Shown here: positions 22,701-34,688 of the stretch, piece after piece
Position numbering within the stretch: the stretch's first letter is position 1
How the letters are laid out: each line of letters opens with the position of its first letter
Assembly: GCA_029953675.1 (NCBI GenBank)
Contig: JAMWBK010000005.1
Coordinates: forward strand, 62,001 to 126,000
DNA from: Rhodosorus marinus CCMP1338
Taxonomy: Eukaryota > Plantae > Rhodophyta
DNA length: 64,000 bases
Reading direction: 5' to 3'
Notes under the pieces: generated by a model
Told to the model about the DNA's origin: nothing
The model's database searches: none
Seen by the model: only the letters and a program-made list of their open reading frames with translations
Translations under genes and position numbers: made by a program

Positions 22701-23610
22701 ACAAAACAACCACGAGAAACTATTTAAGGAGATAGTGCACCTGCCCCCTGAAGAACTGACTACGAAACTGGCCCTCTTCCGTTATTGTTCTGAACCCCGC
22801 CTGGACTACTTTCTACGCTGCCTCGCCTACCCCTTTGGAAGAACACTTGCACGGGAAGCGGACGCCCTGACGCGTTATCACCTAGATACACTATTTGGAG
22901 GCCTCACTACTACGACCATCGAGGACCCTGACTACGAAAAATCTACGCTAGACCAGATAGCACTCCCCTGTCGCTAGGGAGGACTGGGCTTTGCTACGAG
23001 ACAGCGGATCCAGCCCATCGCCTTCTACTCGGCCTGGTGCGAGACCTTCAAAGGTAATAACGGGCAATGGCCATATGTCACCAGGGTCGAAGAACAATCC
23101 TCTTCGAAAGTGCATGCAGCAACACACGCACTGAGGAGAATCCAAAGGTCAACAGCACAGCTTCCCGACCAGATTTGCGAGTCTGCAGCAGCAACACAAC
23201 GCAGACTGCGACCCGAGGCCCCAGAGCGAATCAAGAATTTGGCCACCCTGAAGCCGAGAACCTAACCCGCCCCGGAGCGAATCAAGAATTTGGCCACCCT
23301 GAAGCCGAGAACCGAACTCGCCCCAGGAGCAGAAGAAGCCGATCCCCCAGCTTGGAAACATGGTTCCATTCAACAAACCCTCTCCAGAGAGGCACACCAT
23401 GCAGCTTTCCAAAGACTGGTTTCGCACGGGCAAATTTCGGCTGAAGATCGGGCCAGAATTCGGTCCGCAGCCGGAGCTGGCTCAGGAGTGTGGTTACGGG
23501 AAATGCCGACGCTCGCGCCGAAAAAAATGAGTACCGCCGAACTGCAAGTGAATGTAAGACAGCTGTTGGGCTTGCCGATACCGGGAATACGGACGTCGGG
23601 GAAATCTACT
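19763..23610 (+). mobile_element. Family B (subfamily B1): ORF1 plus disrupted ORF2 RT, 3' end missing
   Basis: ORF1 19809..21032 and ORF2 from 21032, with RPIGVPEVLRKV, LDLENAFN, GVQQGDPLGP and IHDD; frameshifts and a stop later. Confidence 0.9.
19809..21032 (+). CDS. Family B1 ORF1 protein (5'-truncated)
   Basis: Homologous to the B2 ORF1 pieces at 60767-62505; TAATG overlap with ORF2. Confidence 0.7.
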   Translation: MSSPKNRICGKTDEPLRPRLNPRSSTRGRPRSINMRQNPSSINLRRGQVSLPHWTMPRPSLLPVPAAHGQRTLRGLSKVLQLENQRLNSDQPGARAHRASRQRCDSCTPLWEGSSWGPETKPVLATLRNVRPPRLDEVAPSDFTTVLCRALGIPSSYVAHVDFIASHACLLSHPDAIPILQSAISRGVFRTGIFGSFTQRHPDRQVTLYTGQALDTDNLLGYNERQLIAPANIGAQTLKRGIEQTIRIRARLRKRQLSFNTLAAIHEYLESRLGTLQATQRTQTVPGESAEPPAPAAATSADPEASSLTGDAQAARGTVDAPGNPLETSQVPEEPAAEDNPHAELLCNLPEPPQHKRSRVTTDGTGQDTEMILAAPEAPQRDTHAQTHSAAHDNAMDIQTSQEDTTQ

Positions 23611-24109
23611 AGTTGTGGTAGTTCGGCTGGCGGGGATTCGGTGGATCCGCTCGCTATCAAGCCGAGCCCCCCCGAGGCCTCGGGTGTTCGGCGTCGCGTT
23701 GCCGGCTCTTTGGCGGCTGCTTATGCGTCCCTCTCCTCTCTGCGTCTCCCTCCGCCCAAGCGTCCTCTTTTGAGGCCAGGGGCGGGGGACAATTCTTCTC
23801 CTTCCCACCCTGATTCTCATCCCAATGACGCTTCCTCCGAAGTGAGGGAGCAGGATATCCGAGTCCCTGCGGGATCCTTGCGAGCTCCCTGCTTTTTTCA
23901 CTCTTCCGGGTAGTTTTTGAGGACTGGCGTTCTAGCGCGTTTCCCTTCCCCAGGCTAACCTAAGGCATCGAGACGGTGACCCGGCGACGAAGGCAGAGTG
24001 GCTAACCACAGGTGCCAGAGATGGCCTCACATGCCGCGGTGGCGAGCGGCGGTGGCAGGCGGTGTGAAGTGAGAGTTGAGCAAGATTGCGTGAGCGGCAC
24101 TGTGTCACT

Positions 24110-24420
24110 CGAAACTCGAATTTTCCAGGTGGTCAAAGCCTTTCACAATGAACGGCTGAAACCCGTGAGAAACGAGCCGCAATGCAGGGAAGGCTGGACA
24201 GGTTCTCAGCGTACCGTCACTCCTTCACTCGGCGGAGCTGCCCCTGCCCCTTTCGGCGGAGGGCGGCAGAGCTCAGATGGGCGATTACCACAGGGCATGT
24301 GACAGCATGGTCCCATAGGCATATGCTGAGCACCCTGTTTCTGCTTCGGAGACCAGAATCCACGACGCAGCGGGAGGTCGCTGGTTGTTTTTTTTTTTAT
24401 TAGTGGCTCGAGTCTTCCGC
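24110..24420 (-). mobile_element. Diverged family C-like RLE fragment
   Basis: aaagcctttcacaatgaacggctgaaacccgtgaga resembles the C segment aaagctttccacaatgaatggctggaaccggtgaga. Confidence 0.65.
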
Positions 24421-24444
24421 GGCTAGGTGCGGTACGTGCAATGT

Positions 24445-27400
24445 CTAGCAAGATACTACCTTGATACTTGCTGGGCAGCTCTCGGAGACGACGGTAACTT
24501 TGGCCTCCCTCATATTTTCACTGAGGACGGCGGCTGAGAGGTTGAAGATTACAGATTTCTTGTTGGAGCTCACTGCAACGCCTTCCGGTCTCTTCCACTG
24601 CGTCCTCTTCGGCTTATCGGACCAATCCCAATCCATCTTCATCATCTTTGGCAGATAAACTCCATCGTTTGCTCCGATGGTGATCTCGCACGCGCTGACT
24701 TGACCTACTGAGGATTCTGACACAACTCTTTTTACAGAAGAGCTGTACGAAGCGCAAGCAGTCGATCCTATTTCACTCAACATGGTTTCAGCGGGCACGA
24801 AAGCAGATTTTTCCCTGAATTCCTCGAACAGGGCGGAAGCGCTCGTTCCCTCTTCGTCCGGAGCTGAGGTTGGCGTCGCTTCGACTGACGGCATCGGCGA
24901 GGGAGTCGAGGTTGGCGTCGCTTCGTATACCGGAGTCGGCGAGGGAGTGCTCGTTTCTTCCGGCGAGAACGAGTTGCACATGATCGGTATTTTATCGTCA
25001 AGAGGGTCGGCAAAGTTTGACCTCACATAGCTTCCGGTGAAATAGAGCCGAATATTTGCGATACCTTCGATGTCTATCAACCTCGTATCCAGCCGGTAGT
25101 TGCTGAACGGGCTGATATCGAGGTAATTTTCTTCAGAAAATATGGCGTGCTGTCGAATGAAGTTCGACGCCATCCAATCAGCCAAACTCTGCTCCTCATC
25201 ATCCGGGGCGCTGCCGTAGTACATAAAAGTACGTCGCCTGTTGGTGTGCGAGAACTTCCTCACGTTATACATCGATTCTTCGTCGTCTCCCTCAGCGACC
25301 CGCACAATACCGGAGCTGGCCATGTGGGTGATATCCAAAACGGGCTCGGCGCTATCGCTGACGCCGTCGAACACGGCATATATACTGTCCAAAGAGATCA
25401 GCGGGAAGAAGAGGGGAGATACCAGCCCAGGTAGGCTATTGAACGCCTTATTTGATGGATCTATGCAGAAGTTCATCGATCCTGTTTTCACGAATTCCGC
25501 CCAGTTTTCTTCTCCGATCGTCTCGGCGTTAAGCTCCACGGGGCCCCAGTAGGCGCCGTATTCCATCAACTGGTGGAGCTCGTAGGTGTTCTCATACCAA
25601 TTTTTCAACGACTGCCGAAGCTTAAGAATCGACTCTGAGGCGCACTGAAAGTACAAGCTCTTGGAGATGTCCAGTAAGGACGCCTCCCACTCGCAGTCGG
25701 CGAGGGTGATCGTGTTCAGCCCGGTAGTGGAAAGTCCCATCATTAGGTACTCCCTCGAGGTAAAAACCAACTCGAGATCCCTGTGGAAGTCGTCTACGAG
25801 TGAGTTGTAGTTGCTTTCGTGGGCGATCTTGACCGCCGGGGCAGCGGGATTGATCATGTTGTTCTTGATCTCTATGTTCAGAGCGTCAACGACGTTCATA
25901 AGGTAGAGCTTCCTCGCCGTAACCTGCTTTAGGTAAGCCATGTAGCTCGTGTAAAGCGCGATCAGATCATTCTTCTGCTCAACCCACATGTCTGCCGTAT
26001 CGAAAGCCCTGAGAAAACCGCTTGCCGACGAGTAGCAGTCTTTCTTCATGAAGCTGACGTAGTCCATTAGCTCCTTCCTATCCATTGCCACCATCGCCGA
26101 GCTCATGTTGTCCTGCATCGAGTTCAACTGCGCAGCGATTGCCATAGCCGCTTCGTAGTCATCGGCCTCGTAGAGACTGTCGAGTGGATCTGCTAGGGTA
26201 TCGGAAGCTAGATTTCCAATGTCTTCCATGATTGCGTCCACGCTTGGAGTGTACGCGGACCAGTCCGCTGAATCTCCCGCGGAAGGAAAGAAGCTGTGGA
26301 TCTCCTTAGTAAGGTCGGTTATCGCCTTAAACTTAAACCCGCTGAAGCCGTCGATACCCTTGAACGCGGTTTTTGCCGCATCGGACTTCGAATTGCTCGA
26401 CCAGCCCCCAGCCTTTGACAGCACTCGTGTCACCGAGAATCCCAGGTCGAAGACGCTCATAGCGAAGCTCGTAAACTCCATTACCGTCTCGAACACCATC
26501 TGAGCTTTCACCTTCTCCCAGCACTCGTCCATAGCGACCTGCTGCTGGTCCATCTCCCAGTAGTATTGCCTAATGTTCTCCTCTGCGGTGAGGATAGAGC
26601 GATTTACCTCCTGCATCTGCACCAGGAGCTCCTCCTGCTTCGACCGCTGAGCCAAGATGCCGTTCTGTGCGTTGCTAGTCGCGTTGGTGAGCATCTCCAT
26701 TGAGGCCGCAGCGTCATCGATTGAGTCTCTGAAAATGTCGTAGTAGATCTCCAGCTCGGCTCCGAGTTCACGTCTGTCCTCAAGGTAGTCCAGAAGATAC
26801 TCGAAGCTCATCACGCTGACCTCGTTCACGGGCCTCGTCGTCGAGGTTGTGAGCTGGTTCGCAGCCTGGATGATCGAGATAGCCTGGCCAGCGAGGGAGG
26901 TATACTTTTCCCTGACGGTGTCATCGGCAGTCTGGTTGGCAGCACGCTGCGCATTATAGAGCATATCCGACGTTGAGGCCATGATCATCGCGTAGGCGTT
27001 TTGGTTTTGGTCGATGTTGTCATTGAAGAACATGACCCTCAACATTTTCTTCGAAAGGCTGAGACCGAAGTCAATGTAGGCAGGTGGCTGTATGTAGTCT
27101 ACGTACGCATACTCCTGGGGTTGCTCAAAGTCGTTGTCATCCCAATCCTCCACTTCAGCGCCAACCACCCCCCGGAATGACTTCTCAAGTGGCAAATGGG
27201 AGATCGACCCTCCGCCTCCCCAGCCACCGGACCACCCTTGGTCGCCTTGCGGAGGATATCGGAAATCAAATGACTCATAGTAGTTGACGTTCAGGATGAT
27301 GTTCTTGGTCCATGTTCGAACCCCGCATCTGTTGGTAAGCGTGCCCCCGCTTCCCCCGTCACCTCCACGCCCACCGGTCCCCCCCGAGCCTGAGATCGAT

Positions 27401-28368
27401 TGGCCAATAAAGAGCGCGCTGGCATCTTCACTAGTTAACTCAACGTTCTCGCCACCCACAACAACATTTGAGTAGATCTTCACCTCTCCAGCCTTTCCAC
27501 CGTCTCCTCCGGTACCACCCGTGCCTCCGGGCCCTCCCTGCTGCGGCGCGCCGGGGTTGTAGTACTGACAAATCTTTTTATCGCCATTCCATGCTGCATC
27601 AGTCGGACACTGATTACACCACCAGGCTGAGCACCGGCTTGCTACCCAGTCGTCCTTAAGCCCACAGGGCATACCGTCCACGCCCTGCTGAGCGTTGCCA
27701 CCCTGTCCACCTATTCCTCCCGTTCCACCTTCACCTCCATTTGTCGTCACAGTCATTTTGAAGCCGCCCGAGTACAAGCTCGCAACATCCAGGCTCTTGG
27801 CGATAAGTGTGAAGTTCCCACCGCTCCTGCCCTGGTGCCCTTTGTAACCCGTGAAGCCCCATTTGCCCATGTCGCCATTCGGACTATCGGTGTGTGATTG
27901 TTGCTTCGGAGGACCTGGCACATCCGGCTGTTCCGGAGCCTCAGGAGGAAGGGAGGTGAGTTCATTTGCTGTGAGGTTCACTTCGAAGTCTCCATCCGTC
28001 TTTATCTCCACGACGCTCCCGATGATCGAGAGGTTCGTCCCCTGCATCTTCGCAACCGCCCCCGCGGCTCCTTTGATAAGAATGTAGTATCCGTATACAA
28101 CGACATCTTGATCCGACCCGAAAAGCTTCGTCGAAGACGTCTCGTCCTCCGAAAAATCGATGACGTAGAAAAACGGTGCGTACACGTTGAAAACACCTCC
28201 TTCCTCACCATCGGCGTAGCCAGATGCCACATCTTGTGCCATCAAGCATGCCGTACTCGACAATCCCCAGCCTTCACAAACTTCGGAGTCCTCTGCATTT
28301 ACTGGGCAACTGAAAAGCAGCCCAAAAAGGATGCACAGTCCCCATAACACGACTGTTTTAATGTTCAT
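24445..28368 (-). CDS. Large secreted protein (1307 aa), paralog of 10725..14516
   Basis: Uninterrupted ORF with signal peptide. Shared motifs YAPFFYVIDFS, YWGPVELN.E.IG, FFPLISLDSIY and ISPFSNY. Confidence 0.9.
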   Translation of the reverse strand: MNIKTVVLWGLCILFGLLFSCPVNAEDSEVCEGWGLSSTACLMAQDVASGYADGEEGGVFNVYAPFFYVIDFSEDETSSTKLFGSDQDVVVYGYYILIKGAAGAVAKMQGTNLSIIGSVVEIKTDGDFEVNLTANELTSLPPEAPEQPDVPGPPKQQSHTDSPNGDMGKWGFTGYKGHQGRSGGNFTLIAKSLDVASLYSGGFKMTVTTNGGEGGTGGIGGQGGNAQQGVDGMPCGLKDDWVASRCSAWWCNQCPTDAAWNGDKKICQYYNPGAPQQGGPGGTGGTGGDGGKAGEVKIYSNVVVGGENVELTSEDASALFIGQSISGSGGTGGRGGDGGSGGTLTNRCGVRTWTKNIILNVNYYESFDFRYPPQGDQGWSGGWGGGGSISHLPLEKSFRGVVGAEVEDWDDNDFEQPQEYAYVDYIQPPAYIDFGLSLSKKMLRVMFFNDNIDQNQNAYAMIMASTSDMLYNAQRAANQTADDTVREKYTSLAGQAISIIQAANQLTTSTTRPVNEVSVMSFEYLLDYLEDRRELGAELEIYYDIFRDSIDDAAASMEMLTNATSNAQNGILAQRSKQEELLVQMQEVNRSILTAEENIRQYYWEMDQQQVAMDECWEKVKAQMVFETVMEFTSFAMSVFDLGFSVTRVLSKAGGWSSNSKSDAAKTAFKGIDGFSGFKFKAITDLTKEIHSFFPSAGDSADWSAYTPSVDAIMEDIGNLASDTLADPLDSLYEADDYEAAMAIAAQLNSMQDNMSSAMVAMDRKELMDYVSFMKKDCYSSASGFLRAFDTADMWVEQKNDLIALYTSYMAYLKQVTARKLYLMNVVDALNIEIKNNMINPAAPAVKIAHESNYNSLVDDFHRDLELVFTSREYLMMGLSTTGLNTITLADCEWEASLLDISKSLYFQCASESILKLRQSLKNWYENTYELHQLMEYGAYWGPVELNAETIGEENWAEFVKTGSMNFCIDPSNKAFNSLPGLVSPLFFPLISLDSIYAVFDGVSDSAEPVLDITHMASSGIVRVAEGDDEESMYNVRKFSHTNRRRTFMYYGSAPDDEEQSLADWMASNFIRQHAIFSEENYLDISPFSNYRLDTRLIDIEGIANIRLYFTGSYVRSNFADPLDDKIPIMCNSFSPEETSTPSPTPVYEATPTSTPSPMPSVEATPTSAPDEEGTSASALFEEFREKSAFVPAETMLSEIGSTACASYSSSVKRVVSESSVGQVSACEITIGANDGVYLPKMMKMDWDWSDKPKRTQWKRPEGVAVSSNKKSVIFNLSAAVLSENMREAKVTVVSESCPASIKVVSC

Positions 28369-30185
28369 CGTTGCATCAACGTCTCCTGCTCATTGGTATG
28401 TCATCATTTTGACCTTGCTCGGAACTGCACTCCACAACAACCTCCAAGAAGCGCAAATTTATGTTGTTCAGAATGAACCGAAGGACCGCGGCGTGTTTTC
28501 CTGATGGCTGTGCGTAGTGAACTTGAGGGAGTCGAGTCCCTGCGGATCCACGGCAAGCGCGGCCTCCGTACGAACCAACTTCGCGCCGCATTAATCTATG
28601 ATATTGACTAAAACATGGTCATTCTCATTGCAATCGCGTACACTGCTGGAGACATGACTCGCCGCTTATGTAAACAAATGAAAAATCCGGACTGATGGCT
28701 GGGCGGCTTCCAATTATGGATTGGATACGAAATAATTGAACTTCCCGCCCAGCTTCGGGACCGAACCTCATATGGAGATGTTCAATGAACGCTCTGCTTG
28801 GGAACGTCACCATGTTCACCACGCACAGTCTTTCACATCTTCGAAGGTGATCCTCTCCGCCACGCAAGAATTCTCGTCTAGTTTTGCTACTATCGGGCAT
28901 TTCTTATAAGGTCCTCCAATGCATTGCTTTGGGTCTAATTATGGATTCCTCTCCAGGCGTTGAACCTCGATTCTTGGGAACGAATAATGAAGCCGGGCCT
29001 CCATATTGAACGGGAACTCTGGGATTATCACCATTTTAGATTGAAATCGAACGACAATAACCCCCCGAGATGCTGCAAATTTCCAAACAGGTGCAGCTTC
29101 TAACGGGTAAGCATAATAATCCACTCTAAATGCTTTCAAAATTTCAAGGACTTTAATGTCCATGCATCCTTAAAACGAACTGCGTTAAGCTTTCAGTCTC
29201 ATGCTTGCTCTCCCTAAATAAAGTGCGGCTTTGTCGAAACGGAACCTTCTGTTTTCCTTTTGAATGAGCCTATTTCGTTGTAGAACCTACCATCCTTCTT
29301 GTATCCAATCCTCACAGGGTAGGGCGAACAATCAGACAGAGCTCATCAACATCAACCCACGCAACGCGGAGCAAACACTTCGGCTTTTTTTTTTCTTGTC
29401 CGCAGAATGCGAACTACTCCGCGGATGTTGGATATGAGGAATTTCTGGTATTGCGCAAGAAAACTTGACGGTGGGGGGGAGGTTGACCAGTGTAGCTATT
29501 TGTGACCTCTTACTGGGGAACGCCTGGCGTCAGCCTTCATACGCACACAAACACGAACAAACACTCCAATCGCAACTTGTCGGCCTCGGGCAATCGGTAT
29601 AAAAACAAAACAAAACAGAGTAAAACCACGCCCTTGAGGGATGCTCTTGAATCAGATTCAAGAATTCAGTCCCCACAGCTGTGGCCAGAACCTATCTTCT
29701 CTTCATGCGATCCTCATGTGTAGGTAGTTTCCTACTCATCTGCAGACGCCTCTCGTCGTGGATTTTACTCGCATTTCAGGTTTCACGGATCGAGTTCGAC
29801 GCTCACAACCATCCTTTACACGTAGTAAACCACACACTACGTTATCAATTTCCTTTCAGTCGGAGGGCAAGGTGGGCAACAGGTAGAGCGCCCCCCCCAA
29901 GACTAGATCACCACAAACGTCAGCGCTGTCAGTTTCCTCCAAGCACCATCTCAACGAATGTTGCAGCGTCGAAACGTGCTGATTCATCATCCCTATTAGA
30001 AATGTTTCCGAATTTTTAACAATAAAAGTAGCTTCAAGATGACGTCAGTAACGACAATACATTCTAATTCAACAGTAGCGGGAAAATTACTTATTGCCAA
30101 ATTTATCCGATCTTAAACTTATGTCTTTTCTAAAAAAACAGCTAATCATGCCAATCTGGAAATTCTTCGAAAGATTCCCTTAATT

Positions 30186-32319
30186 GGACTTTACTGGACT
30201 TTACTGGACTTTACTGGACTTTACTGGACTTTACTAGCATAGCCTGAAGCGCTACGCAAGGCGTGAAGATGAACTAATAACTAGGGAGGGAAGCATGCAA
30301 CCCCAGGCGCCGATGGCGCGCCTCGGAAAGCATGTCGCTGGAATATCGCCAAAGGGAGACACTTAAACTGGACTTTACTAGCATAGCCTGAAGCGCTACG
30401 CAAGGCGTGAAGATGAACTAATAACTAGGGAGGGAAGCATGCAACCCCAGGCGCCGATGGCGCGCCTCGGAAAGCATGTCGCTGGAATATCGCCAAAGGG
30501 AGACACTTAAACGCCTCAAGAGCGCCAAATATTCAGTAGGATGCTCAGCAAAACATTTCCGCAACCACTCTAAACCCGACTTATCGACGTGACCAAAGCT
30601 TTCCACAATGAATGGCTGGAACCGGTGAGAGCGACCCTCAGCGCAAGGCAGACTGGCCATGCTCTCAGCATACCGTCGTTCCTTAACTCGTCGAAGGGCT
30701 GAAGCCGCGGCCCCCCGGCGGCGGGCGGCTGCGGTGAGGTGGGCGCTGGCCACGGGGCAGGTAATCGCAAGGTCCACATATGTTGAGCGTCTGGCAGCAG
30801 CGTCGGAGACGAGGAGATCGGCTATACAACGGGGCGGTGCAGAGTCCGAGATGGATCTGGGCAGTTCCGACTCAACCTCAACCGTATGCCCTATCCGAGT
30901 CAAAGATTCGCTGAGGATGTACTTGAGGCGAGTGTGACGCCTCGTACGGAGACCTCGCAACAGTCCGCAGGAACCCAGGAAGTGGTAGCCACAAGCGTCA
31001 ATCCGGCTCTCACATCCCTGACAGAAAGACGGCCGATTAGAGTGCCACGGAGCCTGTGGCAAACCGAGATAGATCCGTGCGGCAGAACGGAACTGGAAAG
31101 CATCGAGACGATGACTCAATGACGACGGTAGAGTGGTTAACCACAAGTGCGAGAGGTTGCCTCCCAGGCCGCGGAGACGAGCGGCAGTGGTAGGCGGCGT
31201 GAGAGGAGAATTGAGCATGACTGTGTGAGCGGCACTGTGTTGGCATGAAGATAACTGGACTTTACTAGCATAGCCTGAAGCGCTACGCAACTAGCATAGC
31301 CTGAAGCGCTACGCAAGGCGTGAAGATGAACTAATAACTAGGGAGGGAAGCATGCAACCCCAGGCGCCGATGGCGCGCCTCGGAAAGCATGTCGCTGGAA
31401 TATCGCCAAAGGGAGACATTTAAACGCCTCAAGAGCGCCAAATATTCAGTAGGATGCTCAGCAAAACATTTCCGCAACCACTCTAAACCCGACTTATCCA
31501 CGTGACCAAAGCTTTCCACAATGAATGGCTAGAACCGGTGAGAGCGACCCTCAGCGCAAGGCAGACTGGCCATGCTCTCAGCATACCGTCGTTCCTTAAC
31601 TCTTCGAAGGGCTGAAGCCGCGGCCCCCCGGCGGCGGACTCTACTAGCATAGCCTGAAGCGCTACGCAAGGCGTGAAGATGAACTAATAACTAGGGAGGG
31701 AAGCATGCAACCCCAGGCGCCGATGGCGCGCCTCGGAAAGCATGTCGCTGGAATATCGCCAAAGGGAGACACTTAAACGCCTCAAGAGCGCCAAATATTC
31801 AGTAGGATGCTCAGCAAAACATTTCCGCAACCACTCTAAACCCGACTTATCCACGTGACCAAAGCTTTCCACAATGAATGGCTGGAACCGGTGAGAGCGA
31901 CCCTCAGCGCAAGGCAGACTGGCCATGCTCTCAGCATACCGTCGTTCCTTAACTCTTCGAAGGGCTGAAGCCGCGGCCCCCCGGCGGCGGGCGGCTGCGG
32001 TGAGGTGGGCGCTGGCCACGGGGCAGGTAATCGCAAGGTCCACATATGTTGAGCGTCTGGCAGCAGCGTCGGAGACGAGGAGATCGGCTATACAACGGGG
32101 CGGTGCAGAGTCCGAGATGGATCTGGGCAGTTCCGACTCAACCTCAACCGTATGCCCTATCCGAGTCAAAGATTCGCTGAGGATGTACTTGAGGCGAGTG
32201 TGACGCCTCGTACGGAGACCTCGCAACAGTCCGCAGGAACCCAGGAAGTGGTAGCCACAAGCGTCAATCCGGCTCTCACATCCCTGACAGAAAGACGGCC
32301 GATTAGAGTGCCACGGAGC
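30186..32319 (-). mobile_element. Head-to-tail chain of family C 3' fragments (about six units), ending in (agtaaagtcc)n
   Basis: Repeated RLE C-terminus ...RRLGLHASLPSY; CQGC..H...C knuckle, ADLLV, YVDLAI. Tail repeats at 30186-30237. Confidence 0.92.
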
Positions 32320-32324
32320 TTCAA

Positions 32325-33985
32325 CTAGCTGTTCACAAAGGTGGTCAGTCGAATGCAGCAGCGGTCTGTGGCGCCATCAGGTCCTGGCAAGTTCGTTGCC
32401 GTGCCGGATTGGAGTAGTTCGTCTAGGTAGGTAGAACCTGTCCAGTTCTGTGCAAGCGATTGTCGCCAGCTGCTGTAGAAAGCGAGAGGTTGGATCCTGG
32501 TGCGCATGGCGAGGCCTGCTCCACCCCATCGGCAGGGAAGCTGGATCTGCGCCTGAACCGCGGCTTTTTCCGCTTCAGAGAGCCCTCGGCTTTCGACTAG
32601 CGAGCCGCGGAGTTTGTCGAGTTCGATGAGAGAGGTATAGTCTGCTTCGCCAGCGAGAATCGCTCCGTAGGGTAGTGCCAATGTGCGCAGGAAGTAGTCA
32701 AGCCGCGGTCCTGCACAGTAACGGAAGAGGCTCAGTTTAGTTTGGAGTTCAGAGGTCGGTAGTCGTAGAATTGCGTGCACAAGTCTTTCGTGTTCTCGTT
32801 GTAGCCGTCGCAGGTGTCCGTTCACGTAGTTCCTCGTGCCAAGGGGAATCGAGTGGAGATGAATGCCATCGCGTGTGAAGTTAACGTCGGGGATGTCGTG
32901 GTTAACCAGTCGGGGCGTGTGGAGATTACGACCAAGGAGTTCAGATTTTGTCCTCTGCAGGTCTGCGCCGATTTCGGGGAGGTGTAGTTCACTCCATTGG
33001 AGCGCTGCGTTGACCTCGGGTAGTGGCCCAACCAGAGTGATGTCATCGTGTATCGCAGTAAGCGTACGCGTTGGATATCGCTTATGCAGAGCGTGGAGAA
33101 ACGGGGAAAGCGCCAGTGCGTGCAGGGCAGGTCCGAGCGGGTCGCCTTACTGTACACCGGTGCAAGCTTGGAGGGTGAGCCAATCGGCGGCGGAGTGGTC
33201 GCACCAGCCGAATTGGTGAGGCGCGCTTTCCCCGTGGAGTCCGTAGCTGAGCGTCATTAGCGGTCGCAGTTCCGGGAAAGCCTGTTCGATGATCCTGTTC
33301 GCGATCCTGCGGTCGATTCGGTTGAAAGCGTTCTTCAGGTCTACTTTCAGGAGGACGTCGTCCGGGCGAGCTCCTTAGTGTGCTTCCACAATGTGTAGGG
33401 CATGTTCGCACCCTCCTGTCGATCCGGTTGAACGCGTTCTCCAAGTCGAGTTTCAGCAGCGCGTGTTGCGGTTCGTAGTATAAGTGGGCTTGAACGGCGT
33501 GTAGGGCTTGTTCACATCCGCTACGAACGGATATTCCCAGTTGCTCTGGAGCGAGAAACGTGCTCAGTCTACTTGAAACACCGCAAAGCACCCACTGGGC
33601 TGCCAACTTTCGTAAAACTTCTGGAACCGCGATCGGGCGAACTCGATTTCGTCGAGGGACTTCGATTTCGGAGGCGTTTTTCTTGTCGGGTTATGAAGGG
33701 CAGCAGTCGGCTGCTACTCAGGGCTTGCCGCAACGTACGTGGAAATATTTCAGGGTTCTTCACGAGACAGCGCATAAACCGTACCAGCAGCTGCCTGTTC
33801 GTTGGAGTCACTGCCTGTAGATGCTCGGCGCGAAGGCCACTTGGTCCAGGACCCGTTTTTGGCGGGTGTCTATTGATCAGTGTGAGGAGTGATTCGTCAC
33901 TCGCGTCAGACGGGTTCCATTTGCGAGGGGGGTGCTCCCTAGCTTCGTCGCCAATTCGGTTCATTTCTTTCGCAACGTCCGGATG
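32325..33985 (-). pseudogene. CRE-like RT fragment of a further lineage (E), frameshifted
   Basis: GPGPSGLRAEHL, QLGISVRSGCE, LDLENAFN, RLDYFLR and LPCRWGG. Its sequence differs from A, B and D. Confidence 0.85.
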
Positions 33986-34688
33986 TAACCGTAAGCTTTA
34001 CTGGGCAGCTGCCTACTGCAGCGCAACACTACGTCTAATCCTATCTAGGGAAAAACTTACTGGAACCCCGCTACCGGGGTCTCATGCTACGTTCAAAAGA
34101 AAAAACAGGCACCAGCGGGTTCTCCAGCTGGTCCACGCGCAAAGCGCCTAATGCTATCTCTGTGTTACCTCGCTATAGTTGCCGGTTTATCTGCGATCTC
34201 ACGTCTCTTAGCTCCTCACCCCTGTGCAGTAGGTGTTTGCAGCTGTCCCGGAGGAACTCTTGTGCCATTTGCCCCGTACGCCCAAACGTCTCTATCGCTA
34301 TCGGGATGAACTTGTCATCCGCTTTCTCCATCACCATCGCTTCCTTGTAGTGAGCGATTTTCCACTTCTCCGCAGCTCTCGCCGCGTATCCGCTATCATC
34401 TTGGCTCCGCCGCAGATATTTTCCCTGCAATGGTGACACCACCGTCACATCCAGCGCATACCTTTGTTTGGTCCTCGGATGCCTAGCAACGATATCAGGT
34501 CGCAGTCCGTAGTTCTCGAAGTACCCCTCAGGTTCTTGCTCTACGTCCATGAAGTTCCATCGCCTTAGCCACCGTGCCAGCTCTCTGCAGATTTCGTCAT
34601 GCCGACGTTGCCACAGTCCAGTTGATGTTGGGCAGTGATGAAACCGTTGTACCCCAGTCCTTCCGTGTTTACCCCAGACTAACGTAAC
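33986..34688 (-). mobile_element. Family B 3' fragment preceded by an isolated tail unit
   Basis: RLE ORF 34173..34727; ccccagactaacgtaac at 34672-34688. Confidence 0.9.

Noticed and set aside
23620-23950. Pro/Ser-rich frame after the B1 truncation as a gene
   Set aside because: It is low complexity with no start context. It could be another element's ORF1 end, but I cannot assign it.
30186-30237. CRISPR-like arrays in tail repeats or in the 132-bp repeats at 47-49.7 kb
   Set aside because: There are no unique spacers. The repeats are retroelement tails or coding repeats, and the context is eukaryotic.
30230-30300. Hammerhead ribozyme in the antisense C 3' UTR (cctgaagcg...gtgaag)
   Set aside because: It lacks the CUGANGA and GAAA core.
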